Notes under the pieces: generated by a model
The model's input: only the letters and a program-made list of their open reading frames with translations
Database searches by the model: none
Told to the model about the DNA's origin: nothing
Program-made: the position numbers and the translations under genes
Source of the DNA: an uncultured Lachnospiraceae bacterium
GTDB lineage: Bacteria; Bacillota; Clostridia; Lachnospirales; Lachnospiraceae
Length of the DNA: 64,000 nt
NCBI GenBank assembly: GCA_902789265.1
Contig: CADANR010000003.1
Span: 5,603 to 69,602 of the forward strand
Reading direction: 5' to 3'
In this document: positions 31,516-40,261 of the stretch, in pieces
How positions within the stretch are numbered: position 1 is the first letter of the stretch
Layout of the letters: each line of letters starts with the position of its first letter

Positions 31516-31590
31516 CAGATGTCATGTATATTTTGCGAAGGGTGAGTTGCCACTGCATCCGAACCCTGAGCAAATATATACAGACATCTG
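31516..31590 (+). repeat. hairpin carrying a conserved 31-32-nt loop core (family 2, copy A)
   Basis: The arms cagatgtcatgtatatttt (31516-31534) and aaatatatacagacatctg (31572-31590) pair. The loop contains GCGAAGGGTGAGTTGCCACTGCATCCGAACCC (31535-31566). The same core recurs in reverse orientation at 60685-60717. Confidence 0.7.
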
Positions 31591-31599
31591 CATCTATTT

Positions 31600-33021
31600 T
31601 TATATATTAAGTGGAACATCCAGCGCTGATATCAACTCACGCAGTTTTGCATCAAGCTCCTCATCCGTCATTACGGTAACACGGCCCTGTTCATACTGCT
31701 CATCCACCCAGTTCTTCATCTCTTCCACAATCTTATCCTTCTTATCAACTGCGGAATCACCTTTTAAGTGATATGTGGAATTAATCCAGATTGCAATTCC
31801 TGCAAGTCCCGAAGTGTTGGATACGGCACATTTGCAGGGACGGTTTAAGAACTTATCGGTATCAAAGATACTGTATATTTCCTCATTTTTCAGAAGTCCG
31901 TCTGCATGAATTCCTGCACGGGTAACATTGAAGTTCTTTCCGACAAAAGGTGTCATCGGCGGAATCTTATAACCGATTTCCTTTTCGTAATATTCTGCCA
32001 GTTCGGTAATAACGGTTGTATCCATTCCGTTTAAATCGCCCTTCAGCTGTGCATACTCAAATACCATTGCTTCAAGCGGTGTATTTCCGGTTCTTTCACC
32101 GATTCCGAATAACGAACAGTTAATTCCGGAGCATCCGTAAATCCATGCCGTTGTGGAATTCGTAACTGCCTTATAGAAATCATTGTGACCATGCCACTCA
32201 AGGAGTGCATGCGGTACACCCGCGTTTACATGAACCGCATAGATAATACCCTGTACGGAACGGGGAATTGCAGCACCGGAGAAGTTTACTCCGTAACCCA
32301 TTGTATCACAGAGACGGATTTTGACTGCAATATGATACTCGTCCATCAGTTTCATCAGTTCCATGCAGAAAGGAACCACGAAACCGTAAATATCGGCACG
32401 GGTAACATCTTCCAAATGACATCTCGGAGAAATGCCTTCTTCCAGACACTGGCGGACAATTCCGAGATAATGATCCATTGCTTCACGTCTGGTCATTTTT
32501 AATTTCAGGAAAATATGATAATCGGAACAGGAAACCAGGATTCCGGTCTCTTTCATACCGATTTCTTTTACGAGTTTAAAGTCTTTTTCGGATGCACGAA
32601 TCCAGCTGGTTACTTCAGGGAACTGATATCCTCGTTCCATACATTTATAAACCGCATCACGGTCCTTCTTGGAATATAAGAAGAATTCCGATGCCCGAAT
32701 CATTCCCTTCGGTCCGCCGAGTCTATGCAGATAATCATAAATGGTTACAATCTGCTCGGTGGAATAAGGAGCTCTCGACTGCTGTCCGTCACGGAATGTG
32801 GTATCCGTAATCCAGATTTCTCTCGGCATATTATGAGGCACAATTTTGTCGTTGAACGGACATTTCGGAACCTCGGAATACGGAAACATGTTTCTGAAAA
32901 CATTCGGTTTCTTGACGTCGTCAAGAATGTACATCTTCTCCTCGATTTCAAGGAGATTACTCTTTTCATTCATGTAGACCGGGCGATTTTCAAATCCCGG
33001 GTTGTCGTTATACTCGTACAT
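31600..33021 (-). CDS. HMGL-family acyl-CoA condensing enzyme, homocitrate/isopropylmalate synthase-like; probable Re-citrate synthase
   Basis: 473 aa with TDTTFRDGQQS and EWHGHNDF metal/substrate motifs and a long N-terminal extension. Sits directly upstream of icd. Confidence 0.7.
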   Translation of the reverse strand: MYEYNDNPGFENRPVYMNEKSNLLEIEEKMYILDDVKKPNVFRNMFPYSEVPKCPFNDKIVPHNMPREIWITDTTFRDGQQSRAPYSTEQIVTIYDYLHRLGGPKGMIRASEFFLYSKKDRDAVYKCMERGYQFPEVTSWIRASEKDFKLVKEIGMKETGILVSCSDYHIFLKLKMTRREAMDHYLGIVRQCLEEGISPRCHLEDVTRADIYGFVVPFCMELMKLMDEYHIAVKIRLCDTMGYGVNFSGAAIPRSVQGIIYAVHVNAGVPHALLEWHGHNDFYKAVTNSTTAWIYGCSGINCSLFGIGERTGNTPLEAMVFEYAQLKGDLNGMDTTVITELAEYYEKEIGYKIPPMTPFVGKNFNVTRAGIHADGLLKNEEIYSIFDTDKFLNRPCKCAVSNTSGLAGIAIWINSTYHLKGDSAVDKKDKIVEEMKNWVDEQYEQGRVTVMTDEELDAKLRELISALDVPLNI

Positions 33022-33079
33022 AGTTACTCCAATTTTAATAAATTTATAATGATTTTATATTGTTATATTAATAAACTGA

Positions 33080-33199
33080 GTGATTGACAGGTTACCGAAG
33101 CAGGCTCTATAGAACGGGAGCAACGCGTAACCTTTCTGTTTTCGTTTATGTAAAAATTGCGACCCTCTACGAGACTGCTGAGGTAATCCTGCAATCACG
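33080..33199. repeat. 120-nt imperfect-palindrome structured element (family 1, copy A)
   Basis: gtgattgacaggttaccgaagcaggctctatagaacgggagcaa...(variable ~33 nt)...attgcgaccctctacgagactgctgaggtaatcctgcaatcacg. A near-identical copy lies at 57392-57512, with compensatory changes in the stem. Confidence 0.75.
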
Positions 33200-33233
33200 A
33201 AGTGAGTCATTACATATACGCACACACTTTCTT

Positions 33234-33261
33234 ATTCTATCATTCTCTAAAACAATGTCAA
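33234..33261 (-). promoter_or_regulatory. candidate sigma-A promoter for the Re-citrate-synthase-like gene
   Basis: The minus strand reads TTGACA (33261-33256), a 16-nt spacer, then TAGAAT (33239-33234). It sits just downstream of the EF-G terminator and implies a ~200-nt leader containing the family 1 element. Confidence 0.5.
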
Positions 33262-33298
33262 TAATAAGAAAAGGAGGAAACGGTAATCCGCTTCCCCC
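33262..33298 (-). terminator. rho-independent terminator of the EF-G paralogue
   Basis: Minus strand: GGGGGAAGCGG-ATTA-CCGTTTCCTCC followed by TTTTCTTATTATT. The two G-U pairs form only on the minus strand. Confidence 0.7.
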
Positions 33299-33336
33299 TT
33301 TTCATATGTAACCCCCCTATTACTTACGTGAATCAA

Positions 33337-35430
33337 TTATGCATCCACATTGCTTGCAGCAACCTTTTCAGCTCTTGCCTTTACTTCAGCTTCCTGAACA
33401 TCGCTCGGAGCCTGCTCATAGCGCGTGAATTCATATTCGTAATCTCCGCTTCCGCCGGTCATGGAACGAAGATCGGTGCAGTAACCGTATAAGCTCATCA
33501 TCGGAATGTCTGCTTCAACAACGGTCTTTCCGTTTCCAGCAGGATTCATGCCGAGCACACGACCTCTTCTCTTATTCAGGTCACCCATAACATCACCGGT
33601 AAACTTATCGGGAACGGTAACCTTTAAGGATGCAATCGGCTCAAGGAGAATCGGTCCTGCTTCCATGAAGCCCTTCTTGAATGCCTGAATTGTAGCAGTC
33701 TTGAATGCCATTTCGGAAGAGTCAACCGGATGATAGGATCCGTCATAAAGGATACCCTTTACACCGACTACGGGATATGCTGCCAAAGGTCCTCTCTGAA
33801 CGCTCTCAGCCATACCTTTTTCTACTGCGGGGAAGTAGTTCTTCGGAACTGCTCCGCCGACAACTTCTTCTTCAAATACATAAGGTGTGGAAAGATCGCC
33901 TGAAGGCTCGAAACGCATCTTAACGTGACCGTACTGGCCATGTCCGCCGGACTGTTTCTTATACTTGTATTCCACATCGGATTTCTTCTTGATGGTCTCG
34001 CGGAATGCAACCTTCGGAGCGGTAAGCTCGATTTCCACTTTATATTCGTTCTTTAAACGGCTTGCAACAACATCGATATGAAGATCGCCCATACCGTAAA
34101 GGAGCATCTGCTTATTCTCAGCATCATTGACTGCCTTTAAGGTCTGGTCTTCATGCATCATCTTCTGTAAGGACTGTGCAATCTTGTCTACATCGCCCTT
34201 ATTTACTGCATGATATCTCTTATAGGTATAAGGCTTCGGAAGATCTACCTTACCGTAGCGGATGATGTGCGCCTTGGTGGATAAGGTATTTCCGGTTCTT
34301 GCTGCGGTAACCTTTGCAAGTGCTCCGAGATCTCCTGCATGAAGCTCGGAAACTTCGCTGGGCTTGTTGCCCTGAAGAACATAGATTTTACCGATCTTTT
34401 CTTCCACGCTCTTTTCATCGTTATACATTAAATCATCTGTCTTTAATACACCGGACATAACCTTGATAAAGGAATACTTTCCGATGAACGGATCCACGAT
34501 GGTCTTGAAAATATAAGCGCTCTTCGTTTTCGAGAAATCATAATCCGCTTCGAAAACTTCGTTGGTCTTTAAGTCGATACCTGCAACCTTGCGGTTATTC
34601 GGTGCCGGCATATATTTCACAATATCATCCATCAGAGTATAAATACCCTGGCAAAGGATGTTTGAACCCATGGAAATCGGAACGATGGAACCGTCATCCA
34701 CGGAAGTACGAAGTGCTGCACGGATTTCATTCTCGGTAAAGGTCTCACCGCCGAAATAACGCTCCATTAAATCTTCCGATGTTTCCGCAACAGCTTCCAT
34801 TAAGGACTCTTTGTATTTCTCAAGATAATCCTTGTTTGCTTCGGGAATCTCACATTCTACGGCATCTTTTCCCTGCCACTTGAATGCTTTCTCGGATACT
34901 ACGTTAACATAGCCCGTAAATTTCTCATTCTCACGAATCGGTAAATGGAACGGAGCAATCTTGTTTCCGTAAAGTGCGGTTAAATCTTCCACTACCTGAC
35001 GGAAGGATGCGTTATCAATATCCATATCGGTTACAAAGAACATTCTGGGAAGTTTGAATTTCTCGCAAATATCCCATGCGCGCTGAGTACCTACTTCCAC
35101 GCCTGCCTTACCGGAAACGACGATAATTGCTGCGTCTGCAGCAGATGCTGCCTCTTCCATTTCACCGACGAAATCGAAAAATCCCGGTGCATCCAAAAGA
35201 TTGATTTTGCAATCACCCCATTCCATTGCAATCATGGATGTACTGATGGAAATCTGTCGTTTCTGTTCCTCTTTTCCGTAATCGCTGACGGTATTTCCGT
35301 CTGCAACCTTCCCCATTCTGGAAGTAAGGCCTGCAAGATAAGCCATTGCTTCCGCGAGGGATGTTTTTCCCGCACCGCCGTGGCCGAGAAGAACAACGTT
35401 ACGGATTTTGTCCGTTGTGTAAATGTTCAT
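33337..35430 (-). CDS. elongation factor G family GTPase (stand-alone paralogue, not in an str operon)
   Basis: 697 aa with G1 GHGGAGKTS and G3 DAPGFFDF, plus domains II-V. RBS GGAGGG. Confidence 0.85.
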   Translation of the reverse strand: MNIYTTDKIRNVVLLGHGGAGKTSLAEAMAYLAGLTSRMGKVADGNTVSDYGKEEQKRQISISTSMIAMEWGDCKINLLDAPGFFDFVGEMEEAASAADAAIIVVSGKAGVEVGTQRAWDICEKFKLPRMFFVTDMDIDNASFRQVVEDLTALYGNKIAPFHLPIRENEKFTGYVNVVSEKAFKWQGKDAVECEIPEANKDYLEKYKESLMEAVAETSEDLMERYFGGETFTENEIRAALRTSVDDGSIVPISMGSNILCQGIYTLMDDIVKYMPAPNNRKVAGIDLKTNEVFEADYDFSKTKSAYIFKTIVDPFIGKYSFIKVMSGVLKTDDLMYNDEKSVEEKIGKIYVLQGNKPSEVSELHAGDLGALAKVTAARTGNTLSTKAHIIRYGKVDLPKPYTYKRYHAVNKGDVDKIAQSLQKMMHEDQTLKAVNDAENKQMLLYGMGDLHIDVVASRLKNEYKVEIELTAPKVAFRETIKKKSDVEYKYKKQSGGHGQYGHVKMRFEPSGDLSTPYVFEEEVVGGAVPKNYFPAVEKGMAESVQRGPLAAYPVVGVKGILYDGSYHPVDSSEMAFKTATIQAFKKGFMEAGPILLEPIASLKVTVPDKFTGDVMGDLNKRRGRVLGMNPAGNGKTVVEADIPMMSLYGYCTDLRSMTGGSGDYEYEFTRYEQAPSDVQEAEVKARAEKVAASNVDA

Positions 35431-35493
35431 TTTGTTCCCTCCGTATTACATTATTATAGTTTTCTATTATAGTTTTCTGAAAACCTAAGTTTT

Positions 35494-35522
35494 ATTCTAC
35501 TAAATTTGTACAAATTTTACAA
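35494..35522 (-). promoter_or_regulatory. candidate sigma-A promoter of the EF-G paralogue with a 14-bp perfect palindrome in the spacer
   Basis: Minus strand: TTGTAA, 17 nt, TAGAAT. The spacer contains AATTTGTACAAATT (35503-35516). A 13-bp duplication attatagttttct x2 (35453-35478) follows in the leader. Confidence 0.4.
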
Positions 35523-35836
35523 GAAAATTTGCGAAACGAAATATTTTTTATGCGGATTTATAGCCCCATCATCGAAGGCTTACTTATTTTTTTCACCAAA
35601 GAGTGGTTACTCTCAATATTGTTTGAAGCTATTTGGTTGTTTTTCCTTTCCACATTTCCCTTCGCTTTACCGAGTTTTTGTATAAAATCTCTTCCGGTCA
35701 TTTCCTCTGTCTTTTTTTTCCTGTCAGCAAAAACAGAATAACTTGTCACAGGGTATCAAAATGATATAAAATTATAATAACATATGTGATCAGATAATAC
35801 ATAAACAAATTTGAAAATCAATCCCCGGAGGTATTC

Positions 35837-37072
35837 ATGAAAGTTTGCGGAATTATAGCGGAATATAACCCGTTTCATAACGGACATTTAAATCAGATTA
35901 AGGAAGCAAGAGAATTGACCGGTGCGGACAAGGTAATCGTCATCATGTCCGGCGATTTCACACAACGCGGATGTCCCGCATTTATTGATAAATACGAACG
36001 TACCAGAATGGCTTTAAAAGGCGGTGCAGATCTTGTACTGGAGCTTCCGCTTTACTATTCCGTCGGAAGCGCTGAATTCTTTGCATCCGGAGCCGTTGCT
36101 TTACTTGATAAAATAGGTGTCACGGATACCTTATGCTTCGGCAGCGAATGTGGTGACATTGATTTGTTAAATGATATTGCGAATATTCTTTATGACAGAA
36201 AAGAAGAACTGCATGACGAAATCCGTGAGAAAATGAAAACCGGCTTAAACTATCCGATGGCAAGGGCCGCAACCATCGAAGAAATGATTCCGAATTCCTA
36301 CGAGCATGTACAGGCAATGAGCGAGCCGAATAATATTCTCGGATTTGAATACTTACGCGCCATCAAACAGCGCGGATGCAATATTGAAGCATACACCAAC
36401 CGCCGCATTGGTTCCGGTTACCATGAGCGCATGATGGTCTCCACCTTAAGTTCCGCCATGGCAATTCGTGAATCCGTATACGAAACCGGCGAACTCTCCC
36501 GTGTGGAAAGCCAGGTGCCTTACTTTGTTTATGACATTATGAAGGAGAAATATAACGAGACTTTCCCTATTTTTGAAGAAGATATTTCCGCAATCTTAAA
36601 ATACAAGCTCCTTTTGGATGCCGCAACCGGATATACGTCCTATGTGGATATTTCTTCTGACTTTTCCGATAAGATTTTGAAACACTTAAACCGCTACTCT
36701 TCATTCTCGCAGTTCTGCGATTTGTTAAAGAGCAAGGACATTACTTATGCAAGAGTCAGCAGATCGTTACTGCATATTCTTTTAAACATCCGTAAGGACC
36801 GTATGGAAATGTTTAAGGCAGATGATTTTATTTACTATGCAAGAATGCTCGGGTTCCGCGAGGAATCTAAGGATCTTTTGACAGAGATTAAGAATCACTC
36901 TTCCATTCCGCTCATTTCAAAACTTGCGGATGCGAAGAATATCTTAAGCGAGCACGCAATAACAATGCTCGAATCGGACGTCCAGGCAGCACATATTTAC
37001 GATACATTGGTTACCGAGAAATATCATTCTGCCACAGTCAGTGAGTTTTCAAGAGAAATCGTAAGAATATAA
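35837..37072 (+). CDS. tmcAL: tRNA(Met) cytidine acetate ligase (UPF0348/YlbM family)
   Basis: MKVCGIIAEYNPFHNGHLNQI..., 411 aa, RBS GGAGG. Confidence 0.85.
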   Translation: MKVCGIIAEYNPFHNGHLNQIKEARELTGADKVIVIMSGDFTQRGCPAFIDKYERTRMALKGGADLVLELPLYYSVGSAEFFASGAVALLDKIGVTDTLCFGSECGDIDLLNDIANILYDRKEELHDEIREKMKTGLNYPMARAATIEEMIPNSYEHVQAMSEPNNILGFEYLRAIKQRGCNIEAYTNRRIGSGYHERMMVSTLSSAMAIRESVYETGELSRVESQVPYFVYDIMKEKYNETFPIFEEDISAILKYKLLLDAATGYTSYVDISSDFSDKILKHLNRYSSFSQFCDLLKSKDITYARVSRSLLHILLNIRKDRMEMFKADDFIYYARMLGFREESKDLLTEIKNHSSIPLISKLADAKNILSEHAITMLESDVQAAHIYDTLVTEKYHSATVSEFSREIVRI

Positions 37073-37112
37073 TTGAATTAAAAGTAATTCGACTTACAAA
37101 ATTATTATCTTC

Positions 37113-40100
37113 TTATCGTGCTCCCGCATCATACAGTAATTCCCCAAGAACACGAATCAGGTTGTCCGCTTCCACGGGTTTGGTTAAATGTGCATTCATT
37201 CCTGCCTGTATGGAAAGCTTTGCATCCTCATCAAAAGCATTTGCCGACAACGCAATAATCGGGATTTGTTTTGCATCCTCCCTGTCCATGGAACGGATTA
37301 TTCTCGTCGCCTCCAGACCATCCATCTCCGGCATACGGACATCCATAATGATTGCCGAATAAATTCCGACAGTACTGTTTTTAAATAAATCAATCGCTAT
37401 CTTTCCGTTTTCGGCATGATCCGCTTTTATGTCTTCCATTTCGAGAATATCCATTATAATTTCCGCATTTAATTCCATATCTTCAGCAAGAAGAATTCTT
37501 CTTCCCGAAAGCTTTACACGATTCTTTTCCGTGAAAATATCCAGTTTACTACGTCTTGCAATATTCTCGATATTATCCAAAAGATTTGTAGTAAACAAGG
37601 GTTTCGGAAGAAAACCGTTCACTCCGACATTATTAGCTTCCGCCTGTATATCATCCCAGTTATATGCAGTCAGCGCAACAACAATACTCTCTTCGGAGTA
37701 CATCCTGTTGATTTCCGCAGAAGTTTCCGGGCCGCTCATTCCGGGCATATTCCAGTCCATAAGTACCATATTGTAAGGCCTATATTTGGCATGCTGCACT
37801 TCCATTTTACGTAATGCTTCCTGCCCGCTCGTGCACGTATCTGCCGCAATTCCGATTTCTTCAAGAACAATTCTTGCATGCTCCGCTTCAATCGGGTCAT
37901 CGTCAACGACCAGAATATAAAAGTTTGCCGGATCAATTGCATTTGTATGATTTACATTTTTTGAATTGGCATTTCCGAGTGATAATACAACTTCAAATTC
38001 CGTACCGATGCCTTTCTCGGATTTCACATTAATCGATCCGTTCATCATTTCCACAATCCGCTTGGTAATCGCCATTCCGAGACCGGTGCTTCCGTACTTT
38101 GTTTTATTTTCTGCATTCTCCTGTGAAAACGCCTCAAAAAGCTTCGGAATATAGTCTTTATCCATTCCGATTCCGGTATCCCTGATATCAAAACGAAGGG
38201 TGGAACGGTCTTCGTATTCCGCAATCTTTTCAACCGTCAGAATAATGTCTCCGGGTGCATCCGTAAATTTAATGGCATTTGACATGATGTTTAAAAGCAT
38301 CTCCCTGAGTTTCGTTTCATCCCCGAAAAATGTTCCGTTTACCATATTCACAAGACGGCACTCGTAATGAAGTCCCTTTTCATTGCACTGCGTCAAAACC
38401 ATGGTATTAATTTGTTCCAGAAGGGCAAATAAGGAAAATTCTTCCTTATGCATGAGCATCCGTCCGGATTCAATCCGGCTCATATCAAGAATATTATTGA
38501 TAATTCCGAGAAGATGTTTGGAGCTGTTGCCGATTTTTTCCAGATAATCACGGGTTTCGGGAGTCAGATCTTTATTTTTCAAAGCAAGAGCATTGAGTCC
38601 GATAATTGCATTCATCGGTGTGCGGAGTTCGTGACTCATACCGAAAAGAAATGCAGTCTTTGCTTTACTGGCTTCTTCCGCAGCTTCCAATGCTTCTGCG
38701 AGAACTTTGTTTTTCGCAATGGTTTCATGTATTTCCGCATCAACGTCCGTAATTCCCATGATAATATACTGCTCGTCTTCCATACGGGAAATTTTGATGG
38801 TAACGTAGTACGGACAGTTTTCTTTTACAATACGTGTGGTCATGACAAAAGTATCTTTCCGTTCCAAAGCTTTCATCAGTTCTTTACGTTTCATGGCCTG
38901 CAAGAATGCATTCCGGTCCTCTTCAAAAACCTTCCCTGCCAGTTCATTCCTGCAGTCACTGAAGAAATGCCATCCACGACGAACCTCGGAAAAGGAATGA
39001 TCCTCTTCGTTAATCTGATACTCAATATATTCTTCCGTATCCGTATTCACATAGTACATGTCCATGAAATCACGGGCCAGTATCTGTGCAATTCGCGAAT
39101 ACATAAGACCTGCACTAACCGCCTTTTCATATGCTTCCTTCGTCATGGCCTGCTCATGCTGAATGCTCACCATCTCCGTTACATCCTGGCACATACCGAG
39201 AACACAGAGTCTTCCCGACGTATCCGTATATTTTAATTTAGTTGTTTGTAACTGTCTGTGATTACCGGCAGCATCCGGAACATCCTCAAAGAAAACATAA
39301 GGTTTGCTTAAAGAAATTGCAATTTTATCATCCTCTGCGAAATGTTTTGCCGTTTCAGCATCAAAAATCTCTGCATCGGTAAGACCTGCCACTTCGTCAG
39401 GACTGTCTTTATGCGCATAATCGGCAAAACCCTGATTGCAGAAAATGTAAACACCGGTTTCGACATCTTTCGTAAATGTCATACCGGGCATATTGTCCAA
39501 AAGAGATTTAAACCTGTCTTTCAGCTCGTTAATCTTTTCCGCTTCTTCCCGGCTGCGCTTATGTTCTTCTTTTTCATCAATTGCGACAAAGGAATGCAAA
39601 AGACATGTCCCCAGCATATATGCAATGGAATAAAGCGGAAGATACGGAAACCATAACTGTGCAAAAAGACAGGCTGCCATGATGAATCCAAAAGCTGCCA
39701 GAGTTCTGTAGCGGTTACGTTTATCCGCAGATTTTACATTACGAATCATCGTCGCCAGAGAATAGACGGAAATGTTAAGCAACAATAAAATCTGGCATAC
39801 CAGCATAACATAACGGAACGGAAGTGCCTCGTAAACACATTTTTTATCCACAGTAAATAACACCGGTTTAAAAATATTTACAATAACCAGTACGGTGATC
39901 AATCCGGCAACAATACGGCTTGCAAAAATGAGAGCCTTTCCGTTCCTGTTCCTTTCTTCCAGATATATCACTGCAAATTCCGCCCAGAATAAGACTCCTG
40001 CCGACATTGCAATAAAATAGACGGTTGTATCTGCAAAAAGTGATTTCGGCATTTTTAAATATTCAAAAACACCCCAAATAATATCCGTTATATAATATGT

Positions 40101-40235
40101 CAAAACAGTAAGCAAAAATCGCCTGTATTTTTTCCATGCAGGTTTTTTAAATGAATCATCGGAATGAAACAGAATATCCCGGTTCACTATTATTAATACA
40201 AAGACTGCAAGCAGTCCGATTGCAGAATAATACAT
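37113..40235 (-). CDS. hybrid sensor histidine kinase: multi-TM N-terminal domain, two PAS-like modules, HisKA, HATPase and two receiver domains
   Basis: 1040 aa with H-box SHELRTPMNAIIG and G-box GSTGLGMAI. REC1 is YILVVDDDP...LMDWNMPGMSG; REC2 is RILLAEDME...IMDVRMPEMDG...TKP. Confidence 0.85.
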   Translation of the reverse strand: MYYSAIGLLAVFVLIIVNRDILFHSDDSFKKPAWKKYRRFLLTVLTYYITDIIWGVFEYLKMPKSLFADTTVYFIAMSAGVLFWAEFAVIYLEERNRNGKALIFASRIVAGLITVLVIVNIFKPVLFTVDKKCVYEALPFRYVMLVCQILLLLNISVYSLATMIRNVKSADKRNRYRTLAAFGFIMAACLFAQLWFPYLPLYSIAYMLGTCLLHSFVAIDEKEEHKRSREEAEKINELKDRFKSLLDNMPGMTFTKDVETGVYIFCNQGFADYAHKDSPDEVAGLTDAEIFDAETAKHFAEDDKIAISLSKPYVFFEDVPDAAGNHRQLQTTKLKYTDTSGRLCVLGMCQDVTEMVSIQHEQAMTKEAYEKAVSAGLMYSRIAQILARDFMDMYYVNTDTEEYIEYQINEEDHSFSEVRRGWHFFSDCRNELAGKVFEEDRNAFLQAMKRKELMKALERKDTFVMTTRIVKENCPYYVTIKISRMEDEQYIIMGITDVDAEIHETIAKNKVLAEALEAAEEASKAKTAFLFGMSHELRTPMNAIIGLNALALKNKDLTPETRDYLEKIGNSSKHLLGIINNILDMSRIESGRMLMHKEEFSLFALLEQINTMVLTQCNEKGLHYECRLVNMVNGTFFGDETKLREMLLNIMSNAIKFTDAPGDIILTVEKIAEYEDRSTLRFDIRDTGIGMDKDYIPKLFEAFSQENAENKTKYGSTGLGMAITKRIVEMMNGSINVKSEKGIGTEFEVVLSLGNANSKNVNHTNAIDPANFYILVVDDDPIEAEHARIVLEEIGIAADTCTSGQEALRKMEVQHAKYRPYNMVLMDWNMPGMSGPETSAEINRMYSEESIVVALTAYNWDDIQAEANNVGVNGFLPKPLFTTNLLDNIENIARRSKLDIFTEKNRVKLSGRRILLAEDMELNAEIIMDILEMEDIKADHAENGKIAIDLFKNSTVGIYSAIIMDVRMPEMDGLEATRIIRSMDREDAKQIPIIALSANAFDEDAKLSIQAGMNAHLTKPVEADNLIRVLGELLYDAGAR

Positions 40236-40261
40236 AAAACAATCCTCTTATACTGTTACAT

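Noticed and set aside
31547-31566. Sigma-54 promoter or tRNA T-arm-like reading of the family 2 core (TGGCAA on the minus strand; GGTTCGGAT)
   Set aside because: The -24/-12 spacing and the TTGC element are absent. No acceptor or anticodon arms can be drawn around the T-arm-like stretch.
33084-33311. 75-aa ORF (+) across family 1 copy A, and the 63-aa ORF 57348-57539 (-) across copy B
   Set aside because: They are on opposite strands. A 1-nt indel between the copies puts a stop (TAG) into the corresponding frame of the other copy. The conservation pattern is that of a paired structure, not codons.
35558-35749. 63-aa minus-strand ORF (GTG start; internal ATG gives MTGRDFIQKLGKAKGNVERK...) in the 406-bp divergent region
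   Set aside because: There is no RBS at the GTG and only a poorly spaced GAGG before the internal ATG. There are no recognisable motifs. It is kept as unresolved rather than called a gene.
38448-39236. 262-aa plus-strand ORF antisense to the hybrid kinase gene
   Set aside because: It has Phe/Cys/His-rich composition typical of the antisense frame of an AT-rich gene, no RBS and no recognisable motif. The sense strand encodes well-conserved PAS/HisKA sequence.
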